This document shows positions 42,539 to 51,496 of a DNA stretch of 64,000 bases, piece by piece. Position numbers and translations under genes: made by a program. The notes beneath the pieces are model-generated. The model made no database searches, was not told the origin of the DNA, and saw only the letters and a list, made by a program, of their open reading frames with translations. The first letter of the stretch is position 1. Every line of letters starts with the position of its first letter. Origin of the DNA: an uncultured Gammaproteobacteria bacterium (GTDB lineage Bacteria > Pseudomonadota > Gammaproteobacteria > Natronospirales > REEB76); the NCBI GenBank assembly GCA_964584665.1, contig CAZPAO010000011.1, forward strand, positions 1,132 through 65,131, given 5' to 3'.

Positions 42539-43744
42539 ATGGAGATCCGCCCCATCCTCAATGCCATGATGCGCAACAAGACCGGCGCCATCCTCATCGC
42601 GCTGCAGATCGCGCTGACGCTGGCCATCGTGTGCAACGCGGTGTTCATCATCCACGACCGCACCACCAAGCTGGCCCGACCCTCGGGCATGGATGAAGAG
42701 AACATCTTCATCATGAACGTGAGCGCCTACAAGCCGGACTACGACGCCGACAGCGCCATCAAGGGCAACCTCGACCTACTGCGCACGCTGCCGGGCGTGG
42801 TGGACGCCACCTACACCCAGTCCATCCCCCTGAGCGGCGGCGGCTGGAGCGATGGCGCCACCGCCAAGCCCGATCCGAACCCCAAGTCCACGGTGGGCAT
42901 GGGCGTCTACCACATGGACGACCACGCCCTGAACGCGCTGGGCGTGAAGCTGGTGGAAGGGCGCAACTTCACCCATGAGGAGATCACCTATATCGATGGT
43001 GACAAGTACACCACGCCCAAGCTCGCCATCGTCACCAAGGCCTTCGGCGAGAAGGTCTGGCCGGGCCAGGACGCGCTGGGCAAGGACTTCTATGAGGGCA
43101 CCTCGGCGGTGACCGTCATCGGCGTGGTGGACACCCTGGAGGGCACCTGGCCGCACTGGGAGGGTTTCGAGCGCCAGATCATCTTCCCCACCGTGCTCGA
43201 GAGCGAGTACACACGCTACATGGTGCGCACGCTGCCGGGACAGCGCGACGAAGTCATGAAGGCCGCCGAGCAGAAGATCATGGATGCGCACACCGGCAAC
43301 TTCGTGCGCAGCATGCACCCGCTGACCTACTACCGTGACAACACCAACTCCGGCGACCATGCCATGACGGTGATGCTCACGCTGGTGACGGCGCTGATCC
43401 TCTCCATCACGGCGCTCGGCATCGTCGGCCTGGCGAGCTTCAGCGTGCGCCAGCGCACCAAGCAGATCGGCACGCGGCGCGCCCTGGGCGCCCGCCGCAT
43501 CGACATCGTGCGTTACTTCATGACCGAGAACTGGCTCATCACCACCATGGGCGTGATACTGGGGAGCGCGTTCGCGGTGGGGCTGAACTATTGGCTGGTG
43601 AACCTCTATGACCTGCCGGCGATCTCCTGGTACTACATCCCGGTGGGCATCGTGTGCCTGTGGGTACTGGGTCTCCTGGCGGTGCTCGGGCCCGCACTCA
43701 AAGCAGCGGCCATTCCGCCGGCCATCGCCACGCGTAACGTATGA
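42539..43744 (+). CDS. FtsX/MacB-type ABC permease, type B (copy 1)
   Basis: AAGGAG SD. Same architecture (..GTRRALGARR..). N-terminus MEIRPILNAMMRNK...AIVCNAV parallels 45232. Confidence 0.85.
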   Translation: MEIRPILNAMMRNKTGAILIALQIALTLAIVCNAVFIIHDRTTKLARPSGMDEENIFIMNVSAYKPDYDADSAIKGNLDLLRTLPGVVDATYTQSIPLSGGGWSDGATAKPDPNPKSTVGMGVYHMDDHALNALGVKLVEGRNFTHEEITYIDGDKYTTPKLAIVTKAFGEKVWPGQDALGKDFYEGTSAVTVIGVVDTLEGTWPHWEGFERQIIFPTVLESEYTRYMVRTLPGQRDEVMKAAEQKIMDAHTGNFVRSMHPLTYYRDNTNSGDHAMTVMLTLVTALILSITALGIVGLASFSVRQRTKQIGTRRALGARRIDIVRYFMTENWLITTMGVILGSAFAVGLNYWLVNLYDLPAISWYYIPVGIVCLWVLGLLAVLGPALKAAAIPPAIATRNV

Positions 43745-43764
43745 AAATGCGTCTTTTGCTCCCT

Positions 43765-43842
43765 GGCGTTGTTGCGCTTCGGGCTCGCAGTCGGTCACGT
43801 ACATCAAGAGTACGCTCCCTCCTGCTCGCCTCGCGCGCCTAG
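43765..43842. repeat. core-only copy (C) of the MITE/REP-like element, inverted
   Basis: The reverse complement is identical to 32850-32926 over 33+19+18 nt blocks. Only the central 6-7 nt loop and one base differ. Confidence 0.8.
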
Positions 43843-43912
43843 CCAGGAAGCAAAACCCGCTATTTTCACTCCCGCGCGGATTAAGAATCCGGCGACAGAA
43901 AAGGGGTAGAAA

Positions 43913-45223
43913 GTGTTCGGATACTACTTGCGCCTGGGGACGGCGAGCCTGCGCCGCACGCCGGTCATCACCGCTCTCATGGTGCTCGCCATCGGCCTCG
44001 GCATAGGCGCGAGCATGACCATGATCACGGTGCTGCACGTCATGTCCGGCGATCCCATGCCGGAGAAGAGCGGCGCGATCTTCTATCCGCACCTCGACCC
44101 CACCCCGCTCGACAGCCCGGACGATGATCAGTACGGCGCCGCCAACGACTTCACCTGCCCCGACGCCATGGCAATGCTGGAGCACGGCCCCGCCGCGCAC
44201 CAGGCCGCCATGGCGGGCGGCTCCCTCCTGGTGCGGCCGGAGAGCAATGACAAGCAACCTTTCTATAGTGACGGCCGCTACACCACGCCGGACTTCTTCT
44301 CCATGTTCGGGGTGCCGATGCTGGAAGGCACAGGCTGGTCCGCGGCGGACGAGACGGCTCGCGCGCGGGTGACGGTGCTATCCAAGAAGCTGGCGACACG
44401 CCTGTTCGGCAGCGCCCACGCCGTGGGCCGCAGCGTGCGCTTCCAGGACACGGACTTCCGCGTCATCGGCGTCACCGCCGACTGGCGGCTGCATCCCAAG
44501 TTCTACACCGGCTACTCCTACAGCATGTTCGGCGACCCAGACGGCTACTTCGTGCCGCTGCACACGGCGCTCGAGCTCAAGTTCGGCGTGAACGGCAACG
44601 TGGATTGCTGGGGCGATGCGGACTCTGACGCCATGTACACGAGTCCAGCCTGCACCTGGCTCCAGGTGTGGGTGGAGCTCAATGACCCCGCCGCGGTGGC
44701 GGCTTACGCACAGTTCCTCAACGGTTATTCGGCGGAACAGAAGAAGGCCGGCCGCTTCCAGCGCCCACCTTCCAGCGCCCGCCTCGACGGGCTGCTCCCC
44801 TGGCTGCGCGCCAAGAAACTGGTGCCGGAGGACGTGCAGTTGCAGCTCTGGCTCGCGCTGGGCTTCCTGGCCGTCTGCCTCACCAACATCGTGTGCCTGC
44901 TGCTGGCCAAGTTCCTGCGCCGCCGCGGCGAGATCAGCGTGCGTCGTGCCCTCGGGGCACGCCGGCGCGACATCTTCATCCAGTTCTGCGTCGAGGCAGG
45001 GCTGATCGGCCTGTCCGGCGGGCTGCTCGGGCTCCTGCTGGCCCAGCTCGGGCTGTGGAGCGTGCGCCAAAGGCCGGATGATTATGCCCAGCTCGCGCGC
45101 ATGGACCTGCCGCTACTGCTGGGGACACTCGGCCTCGCGGTGGGCGCGAGCCTGCTCGCCGGCATCGTCCCCGCGTGGCGCGCCAGCGGCGAAGCCCCCG
45201 CCGCCCTGCTCAAGGCCCAGTGA
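43913..45223 (+). CDS. FtsX/MacB-type ABC permease, type A (copy 2)
   Basis: GTG start after AAAGGGG. N-terminus MFGYYLRLGTASLRRTPVITALMV parallels MFLYNLRLALLSLKRDPVLTALMI of 41208. Confidence 0.85.
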   Translation: MFGYYLRLGTASLRRTPVITALMVLAIGLGIGASMTMITVLHVMSGDPMPEKSGAIFYPHLDPTPLDSPDDDQYGAANDFTCPDAMAMLEHGPAAHQAAMAGGSLLVRPESNDKQPFYSDGRYTTPDFFSMFGVPMLEGTGWSAADETARARVTVLSKKLATRLFGSAHAVGRSVRFQDTDFRVIGVTADWRLHPKFYTGYSYSMFGDPDGYFVPLHTALELKFGVNGNVDCWGDADSDAMYTSPACTWLQVWVELNDPAAVAAYAQFLNGYSAEQKKAGRFQRPPSSARLDGLLPWLRAKKLVPEDVQLQLWLALGFLAVCLTNIVCLLLAKFLRRRGEISVRRALGARRRDIFIQFCVEAGLIGLSGGLLGLLLAQLGLWSVRQRPDDYAQLARMDLPLLLGTLGLAVGASLLAGIVPAWRASGEAPAALLKAQ

Positions 45224-45231
45224 GGCCCGCC

Positions 45232-46473
45232 ATGCCCATCCATCCGATACTCGCGAGCCTGCGCCACCACAAGCTCACCAGCATGCTACTGGTGCTGCAG
45301 GTGACGCTCACCGCCGCCATCGTCTGCAACGTGGCCTCGCTGATCGCGACGCGCATGGCCAATGTCTCGGTGGTCACGGGCGTGCAGGAAGCGGGTCTGT
45401 CGGTACTGAACGTCAACGATGTGGGCCCGGCAAGCGACACGCAAGCGCGTCATACCCGCGATCTGGCGCTGCTGCGGGCTGTCCCCGGCGTGCAGGCCGC
45501 CGCCGCGGTGAGGAACTCCCTGCCACTCAACCAGAGCAGCTGGAACAGCACCACCTGCGACAGCAAGGCGGACGCCGACCGCATGCACCAGCTCCACAGC
45601 AGCAAGGCGCCGGGCTGCGGCCAGGCCAGCATCTACCACGGCGGGCCGGGCGAATTGGCGATCCTGGGCCTGAAGCTCACGGCGGGACGCGACTTCGACC
45701 CCGCCGAGTACGTGCTGCCCGGCCACGACGACAGCGGCCCGGTGCCGGCCGCCATCCTCAGCCGCAGCCTGGCCGAGCGCATCTTCCCGAGACAGGACGC
45801 GGTGGGTAAGGACATCTACCTCAACAGCAAGACCATCCGCGTGGTCGGCGTGGTGGACAGATTGTTGCGGCCCTACCTGTCCCAGCCGGACACCGATGGC
45901 GATGACATGCTCCTGCCGGTGCTGCCCGACCGCTCAGGCGTGATATACCTGCTGCGCAGCGACCCCAAGGACCAGGTGGAGGTGCTGCGGGAGGCCAAGG
46001 CTGCGCTGCTGAAGGCGGACCCGCAGCGCGTCTTCGAGAACGCCCAGACCTATGCCGAACTGCGTGGAGCCTATTTCCAGCGCGACTTCACCATGATCGG
46101 CCTGCTGCTCGCCTCCGCGCTCGGTCTGCTCACGGTCACCGCCATCGGCATCGCCGGGCTCGCGGGCTTCTGGGTGCAGCAGCGCACGCGCCAGATCGGC
46201 ATCCGCCGCGCGGTGGGCGCGACGCGACGCGACGTGCTCAGGCACTTCCAGCTCGAGAACTTCCTCATCGTGGGCACCGGCATCGTGCTGGGCCTGGGGC
46301 TGGCGGAGCTGCTCAACATGGTGCTGGTGCGCAGCTACGGCGTGGCACCGCTGCCATCACTCTACCTGCCGGTGACGGCGCTGCTCCTGTGCGCGCTCGG
46401 CCAGTTCGCGGTGCTGAACCCTGCTTTGCACGCAAGTCGAATTCCGCCGGCCACGGCAGCCCGTAACGTCTAG
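45232..46473 (+). CDS. FtsX/MacB-type ABC permease, type B (copy 2)
   Basis: ATG 8 nt after the previous stop. MPIHPILASLRHHK...AIVCNVA parallels 42539. C-terminal FtsX bundle (..GIRRAVGATR..). Confidence 0.85.
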   Translation: MPIHPILASLRHHKLTSMLLVLQVTLTAAIVCNVASLIATRMANVSVVTGVQEAGLSVLNVNDVGPASDTQARHTRDLALLRAVPGVQAAAAVRNSLPLNQSSWNSTTCDSKADADRMHQLHSSKAPGCGQASIYHGGPGELAILGLKLTAGRDFDPAEYVLPGHDDSGPVPAAILSRSLAERIFPRQDAVGKDIYLNSKTIRVVGVVDRLLRPYLSQPDTDGDDMLLPVLPDRSGVIYLLRSDPKDQVEVLREAKAALLKADPQRVFENAQTYAELRGAYFQRDFTMIGLLLASALGLLTVTAIGIAGLAGFWVQQRTRQIGIRRAVGATRRDVLRHFQLENFLIVGTGIVLGLGLAELLNMVLVRSYGVAPLPSLYLPVTALLLCALGQFAVLNPALHASRIPPATAARNV

Positions 46474-46498
46474 ACCAAAAACAAACTTGGGGGTCACA

Positions 46499-46990
46499 AT
46501 GAACATCCGTATCTTCGCGCCCATCATCTTCGCCGGCCTGTCGGCGGCGCCCTACGCCCTGGCCGCCGACCCGCCCGCCGCCACCGACCCCTTGTTCGAC
46601 ACCGTCTCGGCGCTGGACAGCGCGGTGTTCGATTCCTTCAACAAGTGCAGCGATCCGGCGCAGCTCAAGATCCATGCCAGCTATTTCGCGCCGGACGTGG
46701 AGTTCTACCACGACAAGGGCGGCGTCACCTGGACGCGCCAGGACATGCTGGCGAACACGGCCAAGAACGCCTGCGGCAACTACCGCCGCGAGTTGGTGCC
46801 CGGCACCCTGCAGGTCTATCCGATCCCCGGCTACGGCGCCATCGAACAGGGCGTGCACCGGTTCTGCATGGTGAAGACGGGGGCATGCGAAGGCATGGCG
46901 GACTTCGTCATCGTCTGGACCCACCAGGGCGACGAATGGAAGATCACCCGGGCCTTGAGCTACGGGCACCGTGCGATCCCGCAACCCTAG
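46499..46990 (+). CDS. secreted NTF2-like (DUF4440-type) protein
   Basis: GGGGG SD. Signal peptide ..APYALA. Pattern ..FYHDKGG.. and VIVWTHQGDEWKITRALS. Confidence 0.6.
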   Translation: MNIRIFAPIIFAGLSAAPYALAADPPAATDPLFDTVSALDSAVFDSFNKCSDPAQLKIHASYFAPDVEFYHDKGGVTWTRQDMLANTAKNACGNYRRELVPGTLQVYPIPGYGAIEQGVHRFCMVKTGACEGMADFVIVWTHQGDEWKITRALSYGHRAIPQP

Positions 46991-47077
46991 AAGGCGACGG
47001 GTGCGGAATCGGGCATGAACGCTTAGACTGGAAGTAGGCGGTGCCCGCGCTGCCCGCTCCTCCATCGGGGTAGGAAT

Positions 47078-48424
47078 TTGGCCAACATCCTCGTCATCGA
47101 CGACAACCGGGCCATCGGTGAAGCCCTCTCGGTCCTGTTCGACCTGCACGGTCTGCGGAGCCTCGTGGCGCTCTCCCCGGAGGAGGGCCTCGGCCTGCTC
47201 GCCCGCGAGGACGTGGACCTCGTCATCCAGGACATGAACTTCAGCGGCGACACCACCTCCGGCGAGGAAGGCACCCGGCTCTTCGCCGAGATCCGCCGCG
47301 ATCATCCGGATCTCCCCATCATCCTGCTCACGGGCTGGACCCATCTCGAGCACGCGGTGGGACTGGTCAAGGCCGGCGCCGCCGACTACCTGGCCAAGCC
47401 CTGGGACGATGCCAAGCTCGTCACCACCGTCAACAACCTCTTGGCCCTGGGTGCGCTGCAGCGGGAACGGCGCCAGCAGGCGGAGGAACGGCGCGCTGCC
47501 CGCGAGAAGCTCGCGGACCGCTTCGACCTCTGCGGCATCGTCTACGAGAGCGCCGCCATGCAGCAGTTGGTGGGCATCGCGACGCAGGTCGCCCACGCGG
47601 ACGTGCCGGTGGTCATCACCGGCCCCAATGGCGCCGGCAAGGAGAAGATCGCCGACATCATCCACGCCAACTCCACGGTCAAGGCCGGCCCCTGCATCAA
47701 GGTGAACATGGGGGCGCTGCCGGCGGAACTCATCGAGAGCGAGCTGTTCGGCGCCGAAGCGGGCGCCTACACGGGCGCCCAGAAGGCCCGGGCCGGGCGC
47801 TTCGAAGCGGCGGATGGAGGCACCCTGTTCCTGGACGAGATCGGCAACCTGCCGCTGGCGGGACAGGTGAAACTCCTGCGCGTGCTGCAGACCGGCGAGT
47901 TCGAGCGCCTGGGCTCGACCCAGACGCGCCGCGTGAAGGTGCGGGTGATCACCGCCACCAACTCGGACCTCCGGGCCGCCATCGCCGCGGGCCGCTTCCG
48001 CGAGGACCTCTTCTACCGCCTCAACGTCATCGAACTGCACGTGCCGTCCCTCGCCGAGCGGCGCGACGACGTGCTGCCACTGGCGCGCGCCTTCCTGGGC
48101 GCCGTGCACCGCCTGAGCCCCGAGGCGGAGAAGGCGCTCCTGGACCACCTCTGGTCCGGCAACGTACGGGAACTCCAGAACTGCATGCGCCGGGCCGCCC
48201 TGCTGGCCCGAGGGCCGCAGGTGAGCGTGGCGGACCTGGGACTGCCGGCGGCACGGCCGGCGGCTGCGGCCCAGCCCGAGCCCGCCGCGGAACCCACCCG
48301 GGCCGACATCGAACGGGTGCTGGCGCGCCACCAGGGTGTCATCGCCACCGCAGCCCAGGAACTGGGCCTCTCGCGTCAGGCGCTCTATCGCCGCATGGAA
48401 AAATTCGGCATAGCGAAAGGCTGA
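47078..48424 (+). CDS. sigma54-dependent response regulator (NtrC family: REC-AAA+-Fis HTH)
   Basis: REC (ILVIDDN..VIQDMNF..KPW). Walker [15 protein letters not shown] variant of the GAFTGA loop. FLDEIG, RVITATN. C-terminal [18 protein letters not shown] start. Confidence 0.9.
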   Translation: MANILVIDDNRAIGEALSVLFDLHGLRSLVALSPEEGLGLLAREDVDLVIQDMNFSGDTTSGEEGTRLFAEIRRDHPDLPIILLTGWTHLEHAVGLVKAGAADYLAKPWDDAKLVTTVNNLLALGALQRERRQQAEERRAAREKLADRFDLCGIVYESAAMQQLVGIATQVAHADVPVVITGPNGAGKEKIADIIHANSTVKAGPCIKVNMGALPAELIESELFGAEAGAYTGAQKARAGRFEAADGGTLFLDEIGNLPLAGQVKLLRVLQTGEFERLGSTQTRRVKVRVITATNSDLRAAIAAGRFREDLFYRLNVIELHVPSLAERRDDVLPLARAFLGAVHRLSPEAEKALLDHLWSGNVRELQNCMRRAALLARGPQVSVADLGLPAARPAAAAQPEPAAEPTRADIERVLARHQGVIATAAQELGLSRQALYRRMEKFGIAKG

Positions 48425-48447
48425 CCTCCTCCGGTTAAACTTGGCCG

Positions 48448-49758
48448 GTGAGATTCAGGCAATCATTCGAAGGCAAGTTCGCATCCCTGGCCGTGCTGCT
48501 GGTGGTGTTCACCGCGCTCGCTGCCGGCGTGGCAGCGCACTTCCTGGATTCCGTGCTCGGCGGCGCCTGTGCCGCCCTCATCGTGGCGCTGCCCTTCTCC
48601 GTCTACGCGGTGCGCCGCTTCATGCGGCCCGTGAACCGTCTCATCACCGCCCTCGACGACGGGGTGGCGAGCTTCCAGGACGGGGACTTCAGTGTGAGCC
48701 TGAATGCCGGCCGCGACGACGAGCTGGGCGCCCTGGTGCGCCACTACAACGCCGCCGGCGACGTGCTCCGGGCGGAGCGCCACGACCTCTATCAGCGGGA
48801 ACTGCTGCTGGATACGGTGATCCAGAGCACCCCCTGGGCGCTGGTGCTCACCAACGCCAACGAACGGGTGGTATACAGCAACGTGGCCGCACGCCAGCTG
48901 TTCCAGCAGGGCCGCCGCTTCGAGGGCCGCGCCTTCAGTGAGGTGCTGGCCGGCGCTCCCGAGGCCTTGCGGGAAGCGGTGCAGGCCGGCTCTGATGGCA
49001 TGTTCAGCGTGCGCCGCCCGGACGAGGATGAGATCTACTACCTCTCGCGCGAGCACTTCACCCTCAACGCCCAGCGCCACAGCCTCTATCTCTTCAAGCA
49101 GCTCACCCGCGAACTCAACCGCCAGGAAGTGGCGGTGTGGAAGAAGGTGATCCGGGTCATCAGCCACGAACTCAACAACTCGCTGGCGCCCATCACCTCG
49201 CTGGCCCACTCCGGGCGCCTGCTCTCGCGGCAACCGGACCCGGCGAAGCTCGAGAGCGTGTTCGGCACCATCGAGGAGCGGGCCCAGCACCTCAAGAGTT
49301 TCATCGATGGCTATGGGCGCTTCGCCAAGCTGCCGGCGCCCAACATCGAGACCGTGGCCTGGACGGGCTTCGTCGCCTCCTTGAGCGGCCTCACGCCCTT
49401 CACGCTGGAGGGCGCGCTGCCGGAGAGCAGCGCGCGCTTCGATGCCACCCAGATGCAGCAGGTGCTCATCAACCTCCTGAAGAACGCCCACGAGTCCGGT
49501 TCGCCACCTACAGAGGTGAAGCTCGCGGTGCGCCAGAACGGCCAGGGCCTGCGCATGGACGTGATGGACGCGGGACCGGGCATGAGCGAGAGCGTGCTGG
49601 CCCAGGCGCTCTTGCCCTTCTATTCCACCAAGCAGTCCGGCACCGGCTTGGGGCTGCCCCTCTGCCGCGAGATCGTGGAAGCGCACGGCGGCCGCATCAG
49701 CCTCGCCAACCGGCGCGAAGGCGGTCTGCTGGTCAGCGTGTGGCTGCCGCCGCTCTAG
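48448..49758 (+). CDS. sensor histidine kinase (2TM-HAMP-PAS-HisKA-HATPase) with minimal external loop
   Basis: Two adjacent TM helices joined by about 6 residues (..AHFLDSVLGGACA..). H-box ISHELNNSLAPI. N box LLKNAHES. G boxes DAGPGM and GTGLGL. Confidence 0.85.
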   Translation: MRFRQSFEGKFASLAVLLVVFTALAAGVAAHFLDSVLGGACAALIVALPFSVYAVRRFMRPVNRLITALDDGVASFQDGDFSVSLNAGRDDELGALVRHYNAAGDVLRAERHDLYQRELLLDTVIQSTPWALVLTNANERVVYSNVAARQLFQQGRRFEGRAFSEVLAGAPEALREAVQAGSDGMFSVRRPDEDEIYYLSREHFTLNAQRHSLYLFKQLTRELNRQEVAVWKKVIRVISHELNNSLAPITSLAHSGRLLSRQPDPAKLESVFGTIEERAQHLKSFIDGYGRFAKLPAPNIETVAWTGFVASLSGLTPFTLEGALPESSARFDATQMQQVLINLLKNAHESGSPPTEVKLAVRQNGQGLRMDVMDAGPGMSESVLAQALLPFYSTKQSGTGLGLPLCREIVEAHGGRISLANRREGGLLVSVWLPPL

Positions 49759-49895
49759 ATAAGTGCCTGTATCCAAAGGGCCGGGCGGCCCGGCCGGCCG
49801 GCGCTTCACAAGCCAGCGGCAACCGGTTTAGTGTTAACGCCCTGCGCCAGGCGCGGTCATATCCATCAGACATACCTAGAAGGGGGAGAAGGCCC

Positions 49896-50816
49896 ATGCT
49901 GAAGAACAAGACGATCTCCGGGACCCGCATGCTGCGTCCCATGCTGGCGCTGGCCGCGTTCGGCGCCATGGCGCCGGCCTTCGCCGACACCCACATCACC
50001 TTCGTGGACGACAAGGGCGCCACCGCCTCGCAGATGTACGTGAAAGGCGACAAGGTGCGCATGGACATGGGCGGCAACGGCCAGGGCTATGCCATCTACG
50101 ACGTGGCCAGCAACAGCATGAAGGTGATGATGCCGGCGCAGAAGAAGTACATGGTGTTCGACCAGCAGAGCGCCGCGCAGATGGGCGCGGCGGCGAGCAG
50201 CGCGCAGCAGCAGGGCCAGGCGGCCGGCGCCCAGGCCCAGGCCGAGATGGCCCAGCACCAGGCGGAGATGGACGATGCCAACAAGAAGATGGAGACCGGC
50301 ATGGCCAACATGACGCCGGAACAGAAGGCCATGGTGGAGAAGATGATGGCGGCCCAGTCGGCCCGCACCAGCAGCGCGCTCGGCGCCGCGCAGAACGGCG
50401 GCGGCGTCCAGGTGGAGATGAAGGAGCTGGGCACCTCCGAGACGGTGGCTGGCCACTCCTGCAAGGACGTGCAGATGGTGGTGAACGGCAAGCCCAGCGC
50501 CAGCATGTGCATCGTCGATTCGCCCGCCTCCCTCGGCATACCGGCGGCGGACCTGAAGACCCTGGAGGCCATGCGTGACGGAATGCAGAAGATCGTCTCG
50601 CAGATGGGCCCCATGGGCCAGGGCATGTCCTCCATGATGGCGCGCGGTTTCGCCATCAAGACCACACGCCAGACCTACCAGAACTTCAAGCCCACGATGG
50701 AGACCGACACGCTGAAGTCCGTGAGCACTTCGAGCGTGGACGCCGGCCTCTTCACCCTGCCCTCCGGCTACACGCAGACCTCCATGCAGGAGATGATGCA
50801 GGGTGGCCACCAGTAA
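49896..50816 (+). CDS. secreted Met/Gln-rich protein (possibly DUF4412 family)
   Basis: GGGGGAGAAGG SD. Signal peptide ..MAPAFA. 34 Met in 306 aa by my count (MGPMGQGMSSMM, MQEMMQGG). The 559-aa ORF extension was rejected. Confidence 0.7.
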   Translation: MLKNKTISGTRMLRPMLALAAFGAMAPAFADTHITFVDDKGATASQMYVKGDKVRMDMGGNGQGYAIYDVASNSMKVMMPAQKKYMVFDQQSAAQMGAAASSAQQQGQAAGAQAQAEMAQHQAEMDDANKKMETGMANMTPEQKAMVEKMMAAQSARTSSALGAAQNGGGVQVEMKELGTSETVAGHSCKDVQMVVNGKPSASMCIVDSPASLGIPAADLKTLEAMRDGMQKIVSQMGPMGQGMSSMMARGFAIKTTRQTYQNFKPTMETDTLKSVSTSSVDAGLFTLPSGYTQTSMQEMMQGGHQ

Positions 50817-50838
50817 GCGGCGCTCCAGACGAACCAAA

Positions 50839-50870
50839 GGGCGCGGCTCTCACGAGCCGCGCCCTTTTTT
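50839..50870. terminator. rho-independent terminator (usable from both strands)
   Basis: GGGCGCGGCTC-tcac-GAGCCGCGCCC followed by TTTTTT. AAA precedes it on the other side. Confidence 0.85.
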
Positions 50871-50888
50871 CGTCCTGCCGGTGGTGGC

Positions 50889-51233
50889 TTAGCGCGGGCC
50901 CTGCTGGCCCTTGACCGTCATGTCGTTGGTCACCGACTTCACGCCGTTGACGCCCTCGGCTGCGTCCACCGCCAGGGCGATCATGTCCTTGCTGTCCAAG
51001 AACCCGCTCAGCTTGACCACGCCCTTGAAGGTCTCGACCGTGATCTCGGTGGAATCCACACCCTTCGTGTCGAGCAGCGCGGCTTTCACCTTGGCGGTGA
51101 CGGCGGAATCGTCCACGTAGCCGCCGGTGCCCTCATGGGTGGCGGTGGCGGCGCAGGCCGAGATGGCGCCGATCGAGACCGCGCCCAGGAAGGCAAGCGC
51201 GAAAGCGGCGGTGTATCTGAGGGATGATTTCAT
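50889..51233 (-). CDS. BON domain protein (OsmY-like), exported
   Basis: Signal/lipobox-like ..GAISAC, then a single BON domain (DDSAVTAKVKAAL..VETFKGVVKLSGFL..V.N). Confidence 0.8.
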   Translation of the reverse strand: MKSSLRYTAAFALAFLGAVSIGAISACAATATHEGTGGYVDDSAVTAKVKAALLDTKGVDSTEITVETFKGVVKLSGFLDSKDMIALAVDAAEGVNGVKSVTNDMTVKGQQGPR

Positions 51234-51496
51234 GATGTTGCTCCGGGTCTATTGAAAGGTTGCGGTGGGGTGTTATGTGAATCGGCGGGGATGGGGAGGT
51301 CCCATCCCGGCAGCCTACGGGGAACCGGGCGGTTTCACTGTGCGCCAGCGCGCTTAGGGCCGGAGGCCCAGCCGGCGCGGACCTCCGGCATCCCCTATGT
51401 ACCCTGCCGCACAGAGGGATGCGAGGCAGGCGAGTAGCTTGGAGCGATGCTTAACACGATGCAGGGAAGATTGACCCATGCGGACGCGCTGACTGC

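Noticed and set aside
43764-43776. TGGCGTTGTTGCG inside the operon spacer as an internal sigma54 promoter.
   Set aside because: The spacing between the GG and GC dinucleotides is too short for -24/-12 geometry. The sequence is part of the repeat core.
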